This document shows positions 25,250-33,809 of a stretch of 64,000 bases of DNA, in pieces; the first letter of the stretch is position 1, and every line of letters begins with the position of its first letter. The position numbers were made by a program, and so were the translations under genes. Under the pieces are notes generated by a model. The model searched no databases and was not told the DNA's origin. It saw nothing but the letters and a program-made list of their open reading frames with translations. The stretch lies in the IMG/VR virus record IMGVR_UViG_3300025401_000648; one strand, given 5' to 3'. The stretch comes from a virus. Its lineage: Duplodnaviria > Caudoviricetes.

Positions 25250-26093
25250 GATTAAAATAGCAGAACTATTTTATAGTATACAGGGAGAAGGACGTTATAT
25301 GGGCGTACCAAGTATCTTCTTAAGGACTTTCGGCTGCAATTTCCGCTGTGCAGGATTTGGTATGCCTAAAGGGCAATTGAGCGCAGAAGCAGAAGACATT
25401 GCCACCGTAGTGCATTTATATAACAAATATGAAGATTTGCCGCTAGTATCAACTGGTTGTGATAGTTATGCTAGTTGGCATCCTGATTTTAAAAACCTAA
25501 GTCCTATGTTGACTACGGATGCTATTGTTGAACGCATCATGGAGATATTGCCCTTCAATGAGTGGCGCAATGAACATCTTGTTATCACAGGTGGTGAACC
25601 GCTATTAGGTTGGCAACGTGCTTATCCTGACCTGTTGGATCATCCTAAAATGTCTAAACTAAAAGAAATTACATTTGAAACAAATGGTACTCAAAAGTTA
25701 ACACAAGATTTTAAAAATTATCTTGGAGTATGGAATGGCTTACCTAGGCAAAAACGAGAAATTACATTCAGTGTAAGTGCTAAGTTGCCAGCAAGTGGTG
25801 AAAAGTGGGAAGAAGCTATTCTTCCAGAAGTTGTTTGTGAATATGAAGAAGTAGGCACAGCATATCTTAAATTTGTGGTAGCCACAGAAGAGGACGTTAA
25901 AGATGCAGAACAAGCAATTGAACAATATAGAGCGGCTGGCTTTAAAGGTCACATATATCTTATGCCTGTTGGCGGTGTTGAGTCTGTTTACAATCTCAAT
26001 GCTAAATCCGTTGCCCTTGCCGCAATGAAACGCGGCCTACGTTATAGTGATCGACTACAAGTGCCCTTGTTCAAGAACGAGTGGGGCACTTGA
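25242..26093 (+). CDS. queE: 7-carboxy-7-deazaguanine synthase (radical SAM)
   Basis: ELFYSIQGEG, FLRTFGCNFRC...GCDS, ITGGEP, FETNGT, SDRLQ; Cys motif is CX3CX36C. Confidence 0.85.
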   Translation: MSKIKIAELFYSIQGEGRYMGVPSIFLRTFGCNFRCAGFGMPKGQLSAEAEDIATVVHLYNKYEDLPLVSTGCDSYASWHPDFKNLSPMLTTDAIVERIMEILPFNEWRNEHLVITGGEPLLGWQRAYPDLLDHPKMSKLKEITFETNGTQKLTQDFKNYLGVWNGLPRQKREITFSVSAKLPASGEKWEEAILPEVVCEYEEVGTAYLKFVVATEEDVKDAEQAIEQYRAAGFKGHIYLMPVGGVESVYNLNAKSVALAAMKRGLRYSDRLQVPLFKNEWGT

Positions 26094-26380
26094 TGATGGG
26101 AGTAGGATACTACGGAAAAAAGGCTATGTCACATGATCGCCGGGGTGATGAAGTACAACAATCACCACCATCTGAAGACTGGGGATTACGCAGAGCACAA
26201 TATTGGAAACTTAAACTATGTTGGCTTCCAAAAAAGTGTTTTCTAACAAATAAGCCTCTTTGGGGTAAACTTGCGTATCACGGTGAAAACTGGATTACTG
26301 GTCCAGGTGATCCTGTTGTTAATCACTACTGGATAGAAAAAAATGAATTCTTAATGTGGAATTTGAGAGGAAGAAGATGA
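26093..26380 (+). CDS. Hypothetical protein
   Basis: TGATG-coupled to queE; W-rich. Confidence 0.6.
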   Translation: MMGVGYYGKKAMSHDRRGDEVQQSPPSEDWGLRRAQYWKLKLCWLPKKCFLTNKPLWGKLAYHGENWITGPGDPVVNHYWIEKNEFLMWNLRGRR

Positions 26381-26802
26381 ACAATTTATGGAAAAAGTTG
26401 ACAGGCATTGACAAGATTGAAAAAGAACGTGCTGATGCTGAAGCAGTACGGGAAGCCGCAAAACAGGCCGCGGCTGAAGCATTAGAAGCCGCTCGCATTG
26501 CCAAATTAACGCCAAAAGAAATTGCCACGGAGAAAAAAGAACCATGGGTCGCTGTATTAGACACGCATGTCAATATGGAAAATCTTAGAAACGGTTTCTT
26601 TGAACTTGACTGGAATGAGTACTTTGTAGTACAATTAAGAAGCGCTGGTTACGTAGGTGAAACAGACGAAGCAGTGGTTGATTCCTGGTTTACTGAATTA
26701 TGTCGTAATTTAGGATCAGAAGAAGGTGTTGATATGAGCCGTAGAGGATCAGGTTATATCAATATAAACAATTTAGGTGGCGGAAGATCGGAAATTTCTT
26801 AA
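26377..26802 (+). CDS. Hypothetical protein
   Basis: ATGA-coupled; Ala/Glu-rich helix then FFELDWNEYF. Confidence 0.7.
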   Translation: MNNLWKKLTGIDKIEKERADAEAVREAAKQAAAEALEAARIAKLTPKEIATEKKEPWVAVLDTHVNMENLRNGFFELDWNEYFVVQLRSAGYVGETDEAVVDSWFTELCRNLGSEEGVDMSRRGSGYININNLGGGRSEIS

Positions 26803-27794
26803 TGACAAAAACATATATTCTTGTAGATACAGCTAACACATTCTTCCGTGCTAGACACGTGATTAGGGGTGACCTTAACGATAAAATTGGTATGAGTATT
26901 CATACTGTGTTAGGCAGTGTACGCAAAGCATGGCGTGATTTCAAAGGCGATCATGTGGTGTTCTGCCTTGAGGGTCGAAGCTGGCGCAAAGACTATTATG
27001 CTCCCTACAAACGCCAACGTGCTGAAGGACGTGCAGCGATGAGTCCCAGCGAGCAAGAAGAAGAAAGAGTATTTTGGGAAACCTTTGATAATTTCAAAGA
27101 CTTTATTATCAACAAGACCAACACCACCGTGCTTCAACATCCACAACTTGAAGCAGATGATTTAATTGCTGGTTTTATTCAAGCCCACCCCAATGACCAT
27201 CATGTGATTATTTCAACAGATGGTGATTTTGCACAATTGATTGCGCCTAACGTAAAACAATATAATGGGGTAATGGAAATTACGACTACACATGAAGGAT
27301 ACTTTGATGCCAAGGGTAAACGTGTCGTTGATAAGAAAACTAAACAAGACAAGCCCGCGCCGGATCCGTCCTGGTTACTATTTGAGAAGTGTATGCGTGG
27401 CGACACCTCCGACAATGTCTTTAGTGCTTATCCAGGAGTTCGTACTAAAGGGACAAAGAATAAAGTTGGTCTCCAGGAGGCCTATGCCGACAGAAACACA
27501 CGGGGATTCAATTGGAACAACATGATGTTGCAACGCTGGGTTGACCATAATGGTGAAGAACATCGTGTGTTGGATGACTATAATCGAAATGTCACACTGT
27601 GCGACTTGACAGCACAACCTGAAAATATTAAAGTTTTAATTAAAGAAACAATCACAACGGCAACTACCGCAGATAAAGATATTCCGCAGGTTGGTGTTAG
27701 ATTGTTGAAATTCTGTGCTGAATATGACATGCAGAAAATCAGTGAGCAGGTTCAGAGTTACGCAGAACCATTAAACGCAAGGTATGTAAAATAA
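26802..27794 (+). CDS. rnh: T4-type RNase H / 5'-3' flap exonuclease
   Basis: LVDTAN, EADDLI, STDGDFAQL, GDTSDNV. Confidence 0.9.
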   Translation: MTKTYILVDTANTFFRARHVIRGDLNDKIGMSIHTVLGSVRKAWRDFKGDHVVFCLEGRSWRKDYYAPYKRQRAEGRAAMSPSEQEEERVFWETFDNFKDFIINKTNTTVLQHPQLEADDLIAGFIQAHPNDHHVIISTDGDFAQLIAPNVKQYNGVMEITTTHEGYFDAKGKRVVDKKTKQDKPAPDPSWLLFEKCMRGDTSDNVFSAYPGVRTKGTKNKVGLQEAYADRNTRGFNWNNMMLQRWVDHNGEEHRVLDDYNRNVTLCDLTAQPENIKVLIKETITTATTADKDIPQVGVRLLKFCAEYDMQKISEQVQSYAEPLNARYVK

Positions 27795-28285
27795 TGATAA
27801 CAAATGCCAAAATATTGATTCCAGAAAAAGAATGGTTAATTAAAAATGGTGACGAAAAATTAGGTAGCATTAGCAAAGTTAAAAAAGGTTACCTAGTTCT
27901 ACATCAAGGACAGGCTATCCCCTTTAAAGATCTATCTGAGATAAAAGCCAAACTTGGTATAGCATTGTTTGAAGAAAGTATTAAGAAAGCCAAAAAAGAT
28001 CTTGGTGAACCTATATCATACAGTATCTACGATTTTCCTTGTAAAAGTAAACCCTACGAACCCGTATACAATGTTCAAAAGAAACTGCCATTATATACCA
28101 AGCGTTCTAAAAGCAAAAGCCAGCATTGCGCTGGGCACTATATTATTAAATTCCGTAAAGGATGGGTCAAAAGTTTTTGCCCTAAGTTGATCACTTTGGA
28201 AAGATACCCCTACAAAGGTCCTTGGAAAACTGAAGAAGAATCAAAAATAGAACTAAGGAAAGCCAATCATAATGAAACAACTTAA
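27794..28285 (+). CDS. Hypothetical protein
   Basis: 163-aa TAATG-coupled ORF. Confidence 0.7.
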   Translation: MITNAKILIPEKEWLIKNGDEKLGSISKVKKGYLVLHQGQAIPFKDLSEIKAKLGIALFEESIKKAKKDLGEPISYSIYDFPCKSKPYEPVYNVQKKLPLYTKRSKSKSQHCAGHYIIKFRKGWVKSFCPKLITLERYPYKGPWKTEEESKIELRKANHNETT

Positions 28286-28502
28286 TACATTACCTATTGA
28301 AGATTTTTTGGATCGTGCTAGAGTAGCAATTAAGACCAATCAAAAAAATGTCACGTTAACCATTAAAGAAGCCACTGATTTACAAAATAGTTTGGCAGTG
28401 GTAATGACCAGATTATCTGGTGAGTTGGATCAGCTTGTATCTTCTGCTGGTACAGCACAATCAGATACTATTCAAGTAAAAATGGACGGCGGAACTTTTT
28501 AA
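28272..28502 (+). CDS. Hypothetical protein
   Basis: 76-aa ORF. Confidence 0.65.
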   Translation: MKQLNTLPIEDFLDRARVAIKTNQKNVTLTIKEATDLQNSLAVVMTRLSGELDQLVSSAGTAQSDTIQVKMDGGTF

Positions 28503-28510
28503 CATTCTGG

Positions 28511-28544
28511 ATAAATATATATACGCATATTTGGAGCGTATATA
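28511..28544 (+). promoter_or_regulatory. Late promoter ATAAATA (28511-28517) with adjacent 9-bp hairpin touching the SD
   Basis: TATATACGC (28518-28526) / GCGTATATA (28536-28544); GGAG at 28533-28536; GTG start at 28547. Confidence 0.6.
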
Positions 28545-28546
28545 AA

Positions 28547-28846
28547 GTGAGCAGACCTAAACCAACCGTTTTGTTAGAAATAACTAATAAAAAGACTTAT
28601 AAAACTGAACAGGTTTTAGAAGCAGAGGCGATTTGGGCCGTATTTTATAAAGATCTCCCAATTAATCTAAAAATTACCAGTTTGGTGGTACAACAATTAG
28701 GCCCAAAATATAAAAAAGTTAGTTTTAGTAATGCCGGACATGCCCTTAATCTTGCTAAAAAACTCAACAAACTATTTGGATGCCAGGACTTCTCTGTTTT
28801 TAAATTAACCACAGGTGAGAAGTTAATTGATGATTCAAAAAATTGA
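28547..28846 (+). CDS. Hypothetical basic protein
   Basis: 99-aa GTG-start ORF with SD GGAG. Confidence 0.7.
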   Translation: MSRPKPTVLLEITNKKTYKTEQVLEAEAIWAVFYKDLPINLKITSLVVQQLGPKYKKVSFSNAGHALNLAKKLNKLFGCQDFSVFKLTTGEKLIDDSKN

Positions 28847-29222
28847 AATAACCAAATACATCGCAGATCAATATAAGCTGGCTAGTGATGAAAAATCACT
28901 GAGAAAACTAGTGTCATTATGGTGGGTAAATCCTAGGAAAAAAGCCAAAGGTGGCTTGAGATTGACTGATGAAGGATTTGCTCGATTATCAGCACATATC
29001 AAATTCCATAAAGTTAAATTTACCGAAGGTCCTATTGAGTATAACAATCAGTTAATACTTCAATTAGATAATTTTATCAACTGCCCTTGGTATACGACCA
29101 AAAAAGAAATATTTGTGACCAATGACAAGATGGCTGTACAGTTGGTGTTGTTTTCTGGTAACATTGCTCGATTTAGTCATGCCAAGGCAAAAAGCATTAA
29201 AAATCATTTGACAGAACCCTAA
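28827..29222 (+). CDS. Hypothetical protein
   Basis: 131-aa ORF. Confidence 0.65.
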   Translation: MMIQKIEITKYIADQYKLASDEKSLRKLVSLWWVNPRKKAKGGLRLTDEGFARLSAHIKFHKVKFTEGPIEYNNQLILQLDNFINCPWYTTKKEIFVTNDKMAVQLVLFSGNIARFSHAKAKSIKNHLTEP

Positions 29223-29236
29223 AATCCCTGTATAAT
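29208..29236 (+). promoter_or_regulatory. Perfect-consensus sigma70 promoter
   Basis: TTGACA-N17-TATAAT. Confidence 0.85.
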
Positions 29237-29297
29237 TACTATATATTGAAACACTAATGCACTTCAATATTTTTTCAACTTTATAGAAAGAGATTTT

Positions 29298-30380
29298 ATG
29301 GCAGAGCAAATTAGCACTAATCGCACAGTTACGCCAAATGATGCTAAACGTAGCATTCGTAAGTGTATCAAAATCCAGCGCCCTGTATTCATGTGGGGGC
29401 CTCCGGGTATTGGTAAATCCGATATTGTTAAACAAATTGGCGACGAACAAGGACGTGAAGTCATTGACGTTCGTTTGAGTCTTTGGGAACCTACTGACAT
29501 CAAAGGTATCCCCTATTACAACAGTAATTCAAATACCATGACTTGGGCGCCGCCTGCCGAATTGCCCACAGATCCAGAATCAACTGCTATTTTGTTCCTA
29601 GACGAACTTAATTCCGCGGCTCCTGCTACGCAAGCCGCGGCTTTCCAATTGGTATTGAATCGCCGTGTTGGTACATATCAATTGCCTAAAGGTGTTAGTA
29701 TTGTTGCCGCAGGTAACCGTGAAACTGACAAGGGTGTTACTTATCGTATGCCTGCTCCATTGGCCAATCGTTTTGTACACTTGGAACTCAAGAGCGATTA
29801 CGATGACTGGTTGGAATGGGCTGTTAACAACAAGGTTCACGAACAAGTTGTTGGCTATGTTGGCTTTGCTAAACAGGATTTGTACGACTTTGATCCTAAG
29901 AGTGCAAGTCGTGCGTTTGCTACTCCACGTAGCTGGAGTTTTGTCAGTGACCTGCTTAAAGATGACGACCTTTCAGAAGGCACATTGACCGATTTGGTTG
30001 CTGGTGCTATTGGTGAAGGTCTTGCTGTTAAGTTTATGGCTCATCGTCGTGTTGCCAAACAGATGCCCAAACCAGAAGATATTTTGACAGGCAAAATTAC
30101 TAAGTGTGATATCAAAGAAATCTCAGCAATGTATTCTTTGACTGTGTCCATGTGCTATGAGCTCCAATCCTCTGACCAAAAGAAGGTCAAGAATTGGGAT
30201 AATATGGCAGATAACTTCTTTGCGTTCATGATGGATAACTTCCCAACTGAATTGGTTGTTATGGGTGCTAAGGTAGCATTGACCAGCTATAACTTGCCGT
30301 TTGATGCTAGTAAATTGAAGCATTTTGATCGCTTCCATGAGAAGTACGGCAAATATATTATCCAAGCAATGGAGAATTGA
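29298..30380 (+). CDS. MoxR/CbbQ-like AAA+ ATPase
   Basis: GPPGIGKS, LFLDELN, AAGNR, LANRF, TPRSW. Confidence 0.9.
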   Translation: MAEQISTNRTVTPNDAKRSIRKCIKIQRPVFMWGPPGIGKSDIVKQIGDEQGREVIDVRLSLWEPTDIKGIPYYNSNSNTMTWAPPAELPTDPESTAILFLDELNSAAPATQAAAFQLVLNRRVGTYQLPKGVSIVAAGNRETDKGVTYRMPAPLANRFVHLELKSDYDDWLEWAVNNKVHEQVVGYVGFAKQDLYDFDPKSASRAFATPRSWSFVSDLLKDDDLSEGTLTDLVAGAIGEGLAVKFMAHRRVAKQMPKPEDILTGKITKCDIKEISAMYSLTVSMCYELQSSDQKKVKNWDNMADNFFAFMMDNFPTELVVMGAKVALTSYNLPFDASKLKHFDRFHEKYGKYIIQAMEN

Positions 30381-30381
30381 T

Positions 30382-30403
30382 AAAAAGCCCCTAGGGGCTT
30401 TTT
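30382..30403. terminator. Bidirectional Rho-independent terminator
   Basis: Perfect palindrome AAAAAGCCCCTAGGGGCTTTTT. Confidence 0.85.
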
Positions 30404-30405
30404 AT

Positions 30406-30434
30406 TTGACTTTCAGGATAAATTCATGTATAAT
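30406..30434 (+). promoter_or_regulatory. Sigma70 promoter
   Basis: TTGACT-N17-TATAAT. Confidence 0.8.
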
Positions 30435-30454
30435 AGTATTTTAGAAGGGTAAAA

Positions 30455-31708
30455 ATGTCAAACACTACAGCAAACAAAAAATTTAAACTTCCTGAAAAGC
30501 GGGAATTCACACAATCAGAAAAAAACAAGATTGTTGAAAAACTAATCACTGCTCGTGTGGGCTTGTTATTGCGCCATCCATTTTTTGGTAATATGGCCAC
30601 ACGTTTGAAATTGGTTGATGCTAGTGATTGGTGTAGCACACTGGCCACAGATGGTCGTACATTTTATTACAGCAACGATTTTGTAAACATGCTGACTCCA
30701 AAACAGTGCGAGTTTGGCTTCGCTCACGAAGTTCTACATAATGTGTTTGATCACTTGAGCCGACGTGAAAATCGAGATAGAAACCTCAGTAACATTGCCG
30801 CAGACTATGCTGTTAATCAAATCTTAAAAGATGAACGCATCGGTGAAGTTCCTAGCATGATTCAAATTTTCCAAGATAACAAATATCGAGGAATGAGCTA
30901 TGAACAAATTTATGACGATTTGGAACAAAAAGCTATCAAAATCAATATCAATGATCTAGGCGAGTTGCTCGACGATCACTTGGATGGCGACGATGAAGGC
31001 GGTGGTGGAGACGGCGAGCAAGTTGACGGAAATGGTAAAGGCCGTCCTAAACTTACCGCAGAAGAAAAGAAACAGATTCGAGACGAAATTAAAGAAGCTA
31101 TGGTTGCAGCCGCACAGGCCGCAGGAGCAGGACGTGTACCAGCTGGCGTGTCAAGAATGATTCAAATCTTTACAGAGCCAAAAATGGACTGGCGCCAAAT
31201 GTTGCGTATGAATATCCAAAGTATTCTAAAAAGCAACTTCAGTTTCAGCCGTCCAAATCGTAAAAGTCAACATTGCGGTGCTGTACTTCCAGGTATGATG
31301 AACGAAGAAACCATTGATGTCAGTGTAGCAATTGACATGTCAGGTAGTATTAGTGATAAAATGGCCATGGACTTCCTAAGCGAAGTCAAAGGTATCATGG
31401 AAGAATACAAAGACTTTAAGTTAGATTTGTTCTGCTTTGATACCGAAGTGTATAACTACGCACAATTTACTGGCGATAACGCAGATGATATCATGAGCTA
31501 CGAATGCAAAGGTGGCGGTGGCACCGACTTTGATGCCTGCTATAACTTTATGAAAGAAAATAGTATTGAGCCAAAGCGGTTCATTATGTTTACAGACGGA
31601 TATCCATGCGGTAGCTGGGGCGATGAGAATTATTGCGATACGCTGTTCATTGTACATGGCAACGATAGCATTGAAGCTCCATTTGGGCAAACTGCCCATT
31701 ATAAATAA
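30455..31708 (+). CDS. Metallopeptidase-like (HExxH) + VWA domain protein, MoxR partner
   Basis: AHEVLH; acidic/Gly linker; VAIDMSGS MIDAS, GGGTDF, MFTDG. Confidence 0.85.
   Translation: MSNTTANKKFKLPEKREFTQSEKNKIVEKLITARVGLLLRHPFFGNMATRLKLVDASDWCSTLATDGRTFYYSNDFVNMLTPKQCEFGFAHEVLHNVFDHLSRRENRDRNLSNIAADYAVNQILKDERIGEVPSMIQIFQDNKYRGMSYEQIYDDLEQKAIKININDLGELLDDHLDGDDEGGGGDGEQVDGNGKGRPKLTAEEKKQIRDEIKEAMVAAAQAAGAGRVPAGVSRMIQIFTEPKMDWRQMLRMNIQSILKSNFSFSRPNRKSQHCGAVLPGMMNEETIDVSVAIDMSGSISDKMAMDFLSEVKGIMEEYKDFKLDLFCFDTEVYNYAQFTGDNADDIMSYECKGGGGTDFDACYNFMKENSIEPKRFIMFTDGYPCGSWGDENYCDTLFIVHGNDSIEAPFGQTAHYK
31700..31707 (+). promoter_or_regulatory. T4 late promoter TATAAATA
   Basis: Exact T4 consensus overlapping the VWA stop, 12 nt before ATG 31720. 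Confidence 0.6.
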
Positions 31709-31719
31709 GTGAGTAGTTA

Positions 31720-32004
31720 ATGGCATTAAGTAGAGGTGAACTCAATCCGCTAAGTGTTTTAAAATTGAGGAAGTTATCCTTTATACCCAATCACTTTGCC
31801 CGAATCACTATCAAAATACCAGAAACTGATACCAAGATATTAGATCAGTGGATTAACTACAACTTAAATAGTAGGTACGCTATAAAGAAAACGTTCACCT
31901 TAGATAACTCAAATAAAATGATTGAGGTATTAGAAGTTGGAATGGAAGATCCCAAAGAGATTACCATGTTTTCTTTAGGGTGTCCTTATATACATAAACA
32001 ATAA
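31720..32004 (+). CDS. Hypothetical protein
   Basis: 94-aa ORF. Confidence 0.7.
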   Translation: MALSRGELNPLSVLKLRKLSFIPNHFARITIKIPETDTKILDQWINYNLNSRYAIKKTFTLDNSNKMIEVLEVGMEDPKEITMFSLGCPYIHKQ

Positions 32005-32015
32005 AAGGAAATAAA

Positions 32016-32255
32016 ATGAGTGAAGATAACACAGCACAAGTCGCAAGTACAGCAGTTGGCGGAGATGCTACTGCCGTTCCAGAACAACCACAATTGAGTA
32101 TCACTGACCTACAAAACCTACGTGCTATTGTAGATGTATCAGTTAAGCGTGGGGCATTTGGCGCATCAGAAATCAGCGCAGTTGGAGCAACGTTTGACAA
32201 GCTAAACGCATTTTTAAATGCTGTAGCACCTCAAACTGACGCACCAACAGCTTAA
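32016..32255 (+). CDS. Hypothetical protein
   Basis: 79-aa ORF with SD AAGGA. Confidence 0.7.
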   Translation: MSEDNTAQVASTAVGGDATAVPEQPQLSITDLQNLRAIVDVSVKRGAFGASEISAVGATFDKLNAFLNAVAPQTDAPTA

Positions 32256-32267
32256 TAGGAGAACACA

Positions 32268-32909
32268 ATGAAACATACCGGCAAAATGAGTAATAACGGC
32301 GCTAAAGTCGTTATCGCTTACAGAACATTACCTGGAGATTCAAATAGTGCGTTAGTAATTGGCACCAATAATCTAGGTGACACATATCATGACGCAATTA
32401 TGAATTTACTACAAGATGTTAGCGGGCAACAAGCCAACGAATTTGCCGATATTCTTGCTGTTCGTAAATTCCCAGATGGCGCTGGAATGTTAGAATGGCT
32501 ACATACTCGTGGCCATCTAAAGAAGGTTCCAACCAAAATGGTCATTGTAACACCTAACAATCAAACATCTATTCCATTAAATGAACTAAATGAATTGATT
32601 GCTCAACAAAAGGGTATCAGTGTAGACGAACTAGCAATCACTGATGGCAAAACTCCAAACAAGAAAACTGCGCCCAAAGACGATCCAACTAAGACCACAA
32701 GTGCTACTGTAAACGCTGGCGAAGAAGATGTTACTACTGATCCAACTCCAGTGGCAGCAAAAGCAGTGGTGGAAGATATTAGTGACCTAACACCAACCCA
32801 ATTGCGTTCACGTGCTGATAAATTATTTAAAGAAGCACAGACATTGCGTAAGCAAGCTGACGCAATTGATCCTCCTAAAAAACGAACCAAGACTGTTGAA
32901 ACTGTTTAA
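32268..32909 (+). CDS. Hypothetical protein
   Basis: 213-aa ORF with SD AGGAG. Confidence 0.75.
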   Translation: MKHTGKMSNNGAKVVIAYRTLPGDSNSALVIGTNNLGDTYHDAIMNLLQDVSGQQANEFADILAVRKFPDGAGMLEWLHTRGHLKKVPTKMVIVTPNNQTSIPLNELNELIAQQKGISVDELAITDGKTPNKKTAPKDDPTKTTSATVNAGEEDVTTDPTPVAAKAVVEDISDLTPTQLRSRADKLFKEAQTLRKQADAIDPPKKRTKTVETV

Positions 32910-33793
32910 TGAGTAATTCTGAAAAAGTATATCTAAACGCATTACGAGACATTTTAGAAAACGGCGATGACCGACCTGATCGTACAGGGGTAGGTACACG
33001 CAGTATCTTTGGTCTCCAAATGCGTTTTGATTTAAGCGAAGGATTCCCTGCCATCACCACCAAAAAACTAGCATGGAAGGCCTGTGTTAGTGAATTACTT
33101 TGGTTTATTGAAGGTTCGGGTGATGAACGAAGACTTGCTGAAATTTTACATGGTACACGTAACCCAAATATGAAAACTATTTGGACTGACAATGTTACCG
33201 CAGATTATTGGATTAAAAAACGTCACCAACGAAATGCCGCAGATTTAGGCCGTGTTTACGGGGTACAATGGCGTCGTTGGCGTAAACCGTTAATACGCAT
33301 TAATAAAGTTGTTCTTCAAAATCATGATCAGTTACTGGAATTGATTGCAGGTATTAAAGATGATCCATATGGACGTAGACATATTATATCAGCTTGGAAT
33401 CCTGGAGAACTTGATTTAATGGCATTACCACCATGTCATATGATGGCACAATTTTATGTCAGCAATGGTAGATTGAGTTGTCATATGTATCAACGTAGTG
33501 CTGATTTTGGATTAGGTGTTCCATTCAACATTGCTTCTTATGCCTTGTTTACTCATATGTTAGCACAAGTATGTTATTTAGAAGTAGGTGATTTAATTAT
33601 CTCTTTTGGTGACGCACATATCTACAGCAATCACATCGAACAGATCAAAGAACAGTTAAAACGAGAACCACTGCCATTGCCCCAATTAAAGTTGAACCCA
33701 GATATTAGGGTTATTACCGATTTTGAAATGGAAGATATTGAATTAGTTGGATATGAAAGTCATCCCGCTATTACAATGCCAATGGCAGTATAA
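32909..33793 (+). CDS. thyA: Thymidylate synthase
   Basis: DRTGVGT, LPPCH, YQRSAD, GVPFNIASY, DAHIYSNH. Confidence 0.97.
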   Translation: MSNSEKVYLNALRDILENGDDRPDRTGVGTRSIFGLQMRFDLSEGFPAITTKKLAWKACVSELLWFIEGSGDERRLAEILHGTRNPNMKTIWTDNVTADYWIKKRHQRNAADLGRVYGVQWRRWRKPLIRINKVVLQNHDQLLELIAGIKDDPYGRRHIISAWNPGELDLMALPPCHMMAQFYVSNGRLSCHMYQRSADFGLGVPFNIASYALFTHMLAQVCYLEVGDLIISFGDAHIYSNHIEQIKEQLKREPLPLPQLKLNPDIRVITDFEMEDIELVGYESHPAITMPMAV

Positions 33794-33809
33794 TAATTAA
33801 TGAATTAAC

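Noticed and set aside
31684-31698. TGGGCA-AAC-TGCCCA hairpin as a terminator
   Set aside because: Lies within the VWA coding sequence, has a 3-nt loop and no U-tract
32909-33793. ThyA as a dCMP hydroxymethylase for modified cytosine
   Set aside because: It keeps the dUMP-specifying Asn (PFN) and all canonical ThyA motifs
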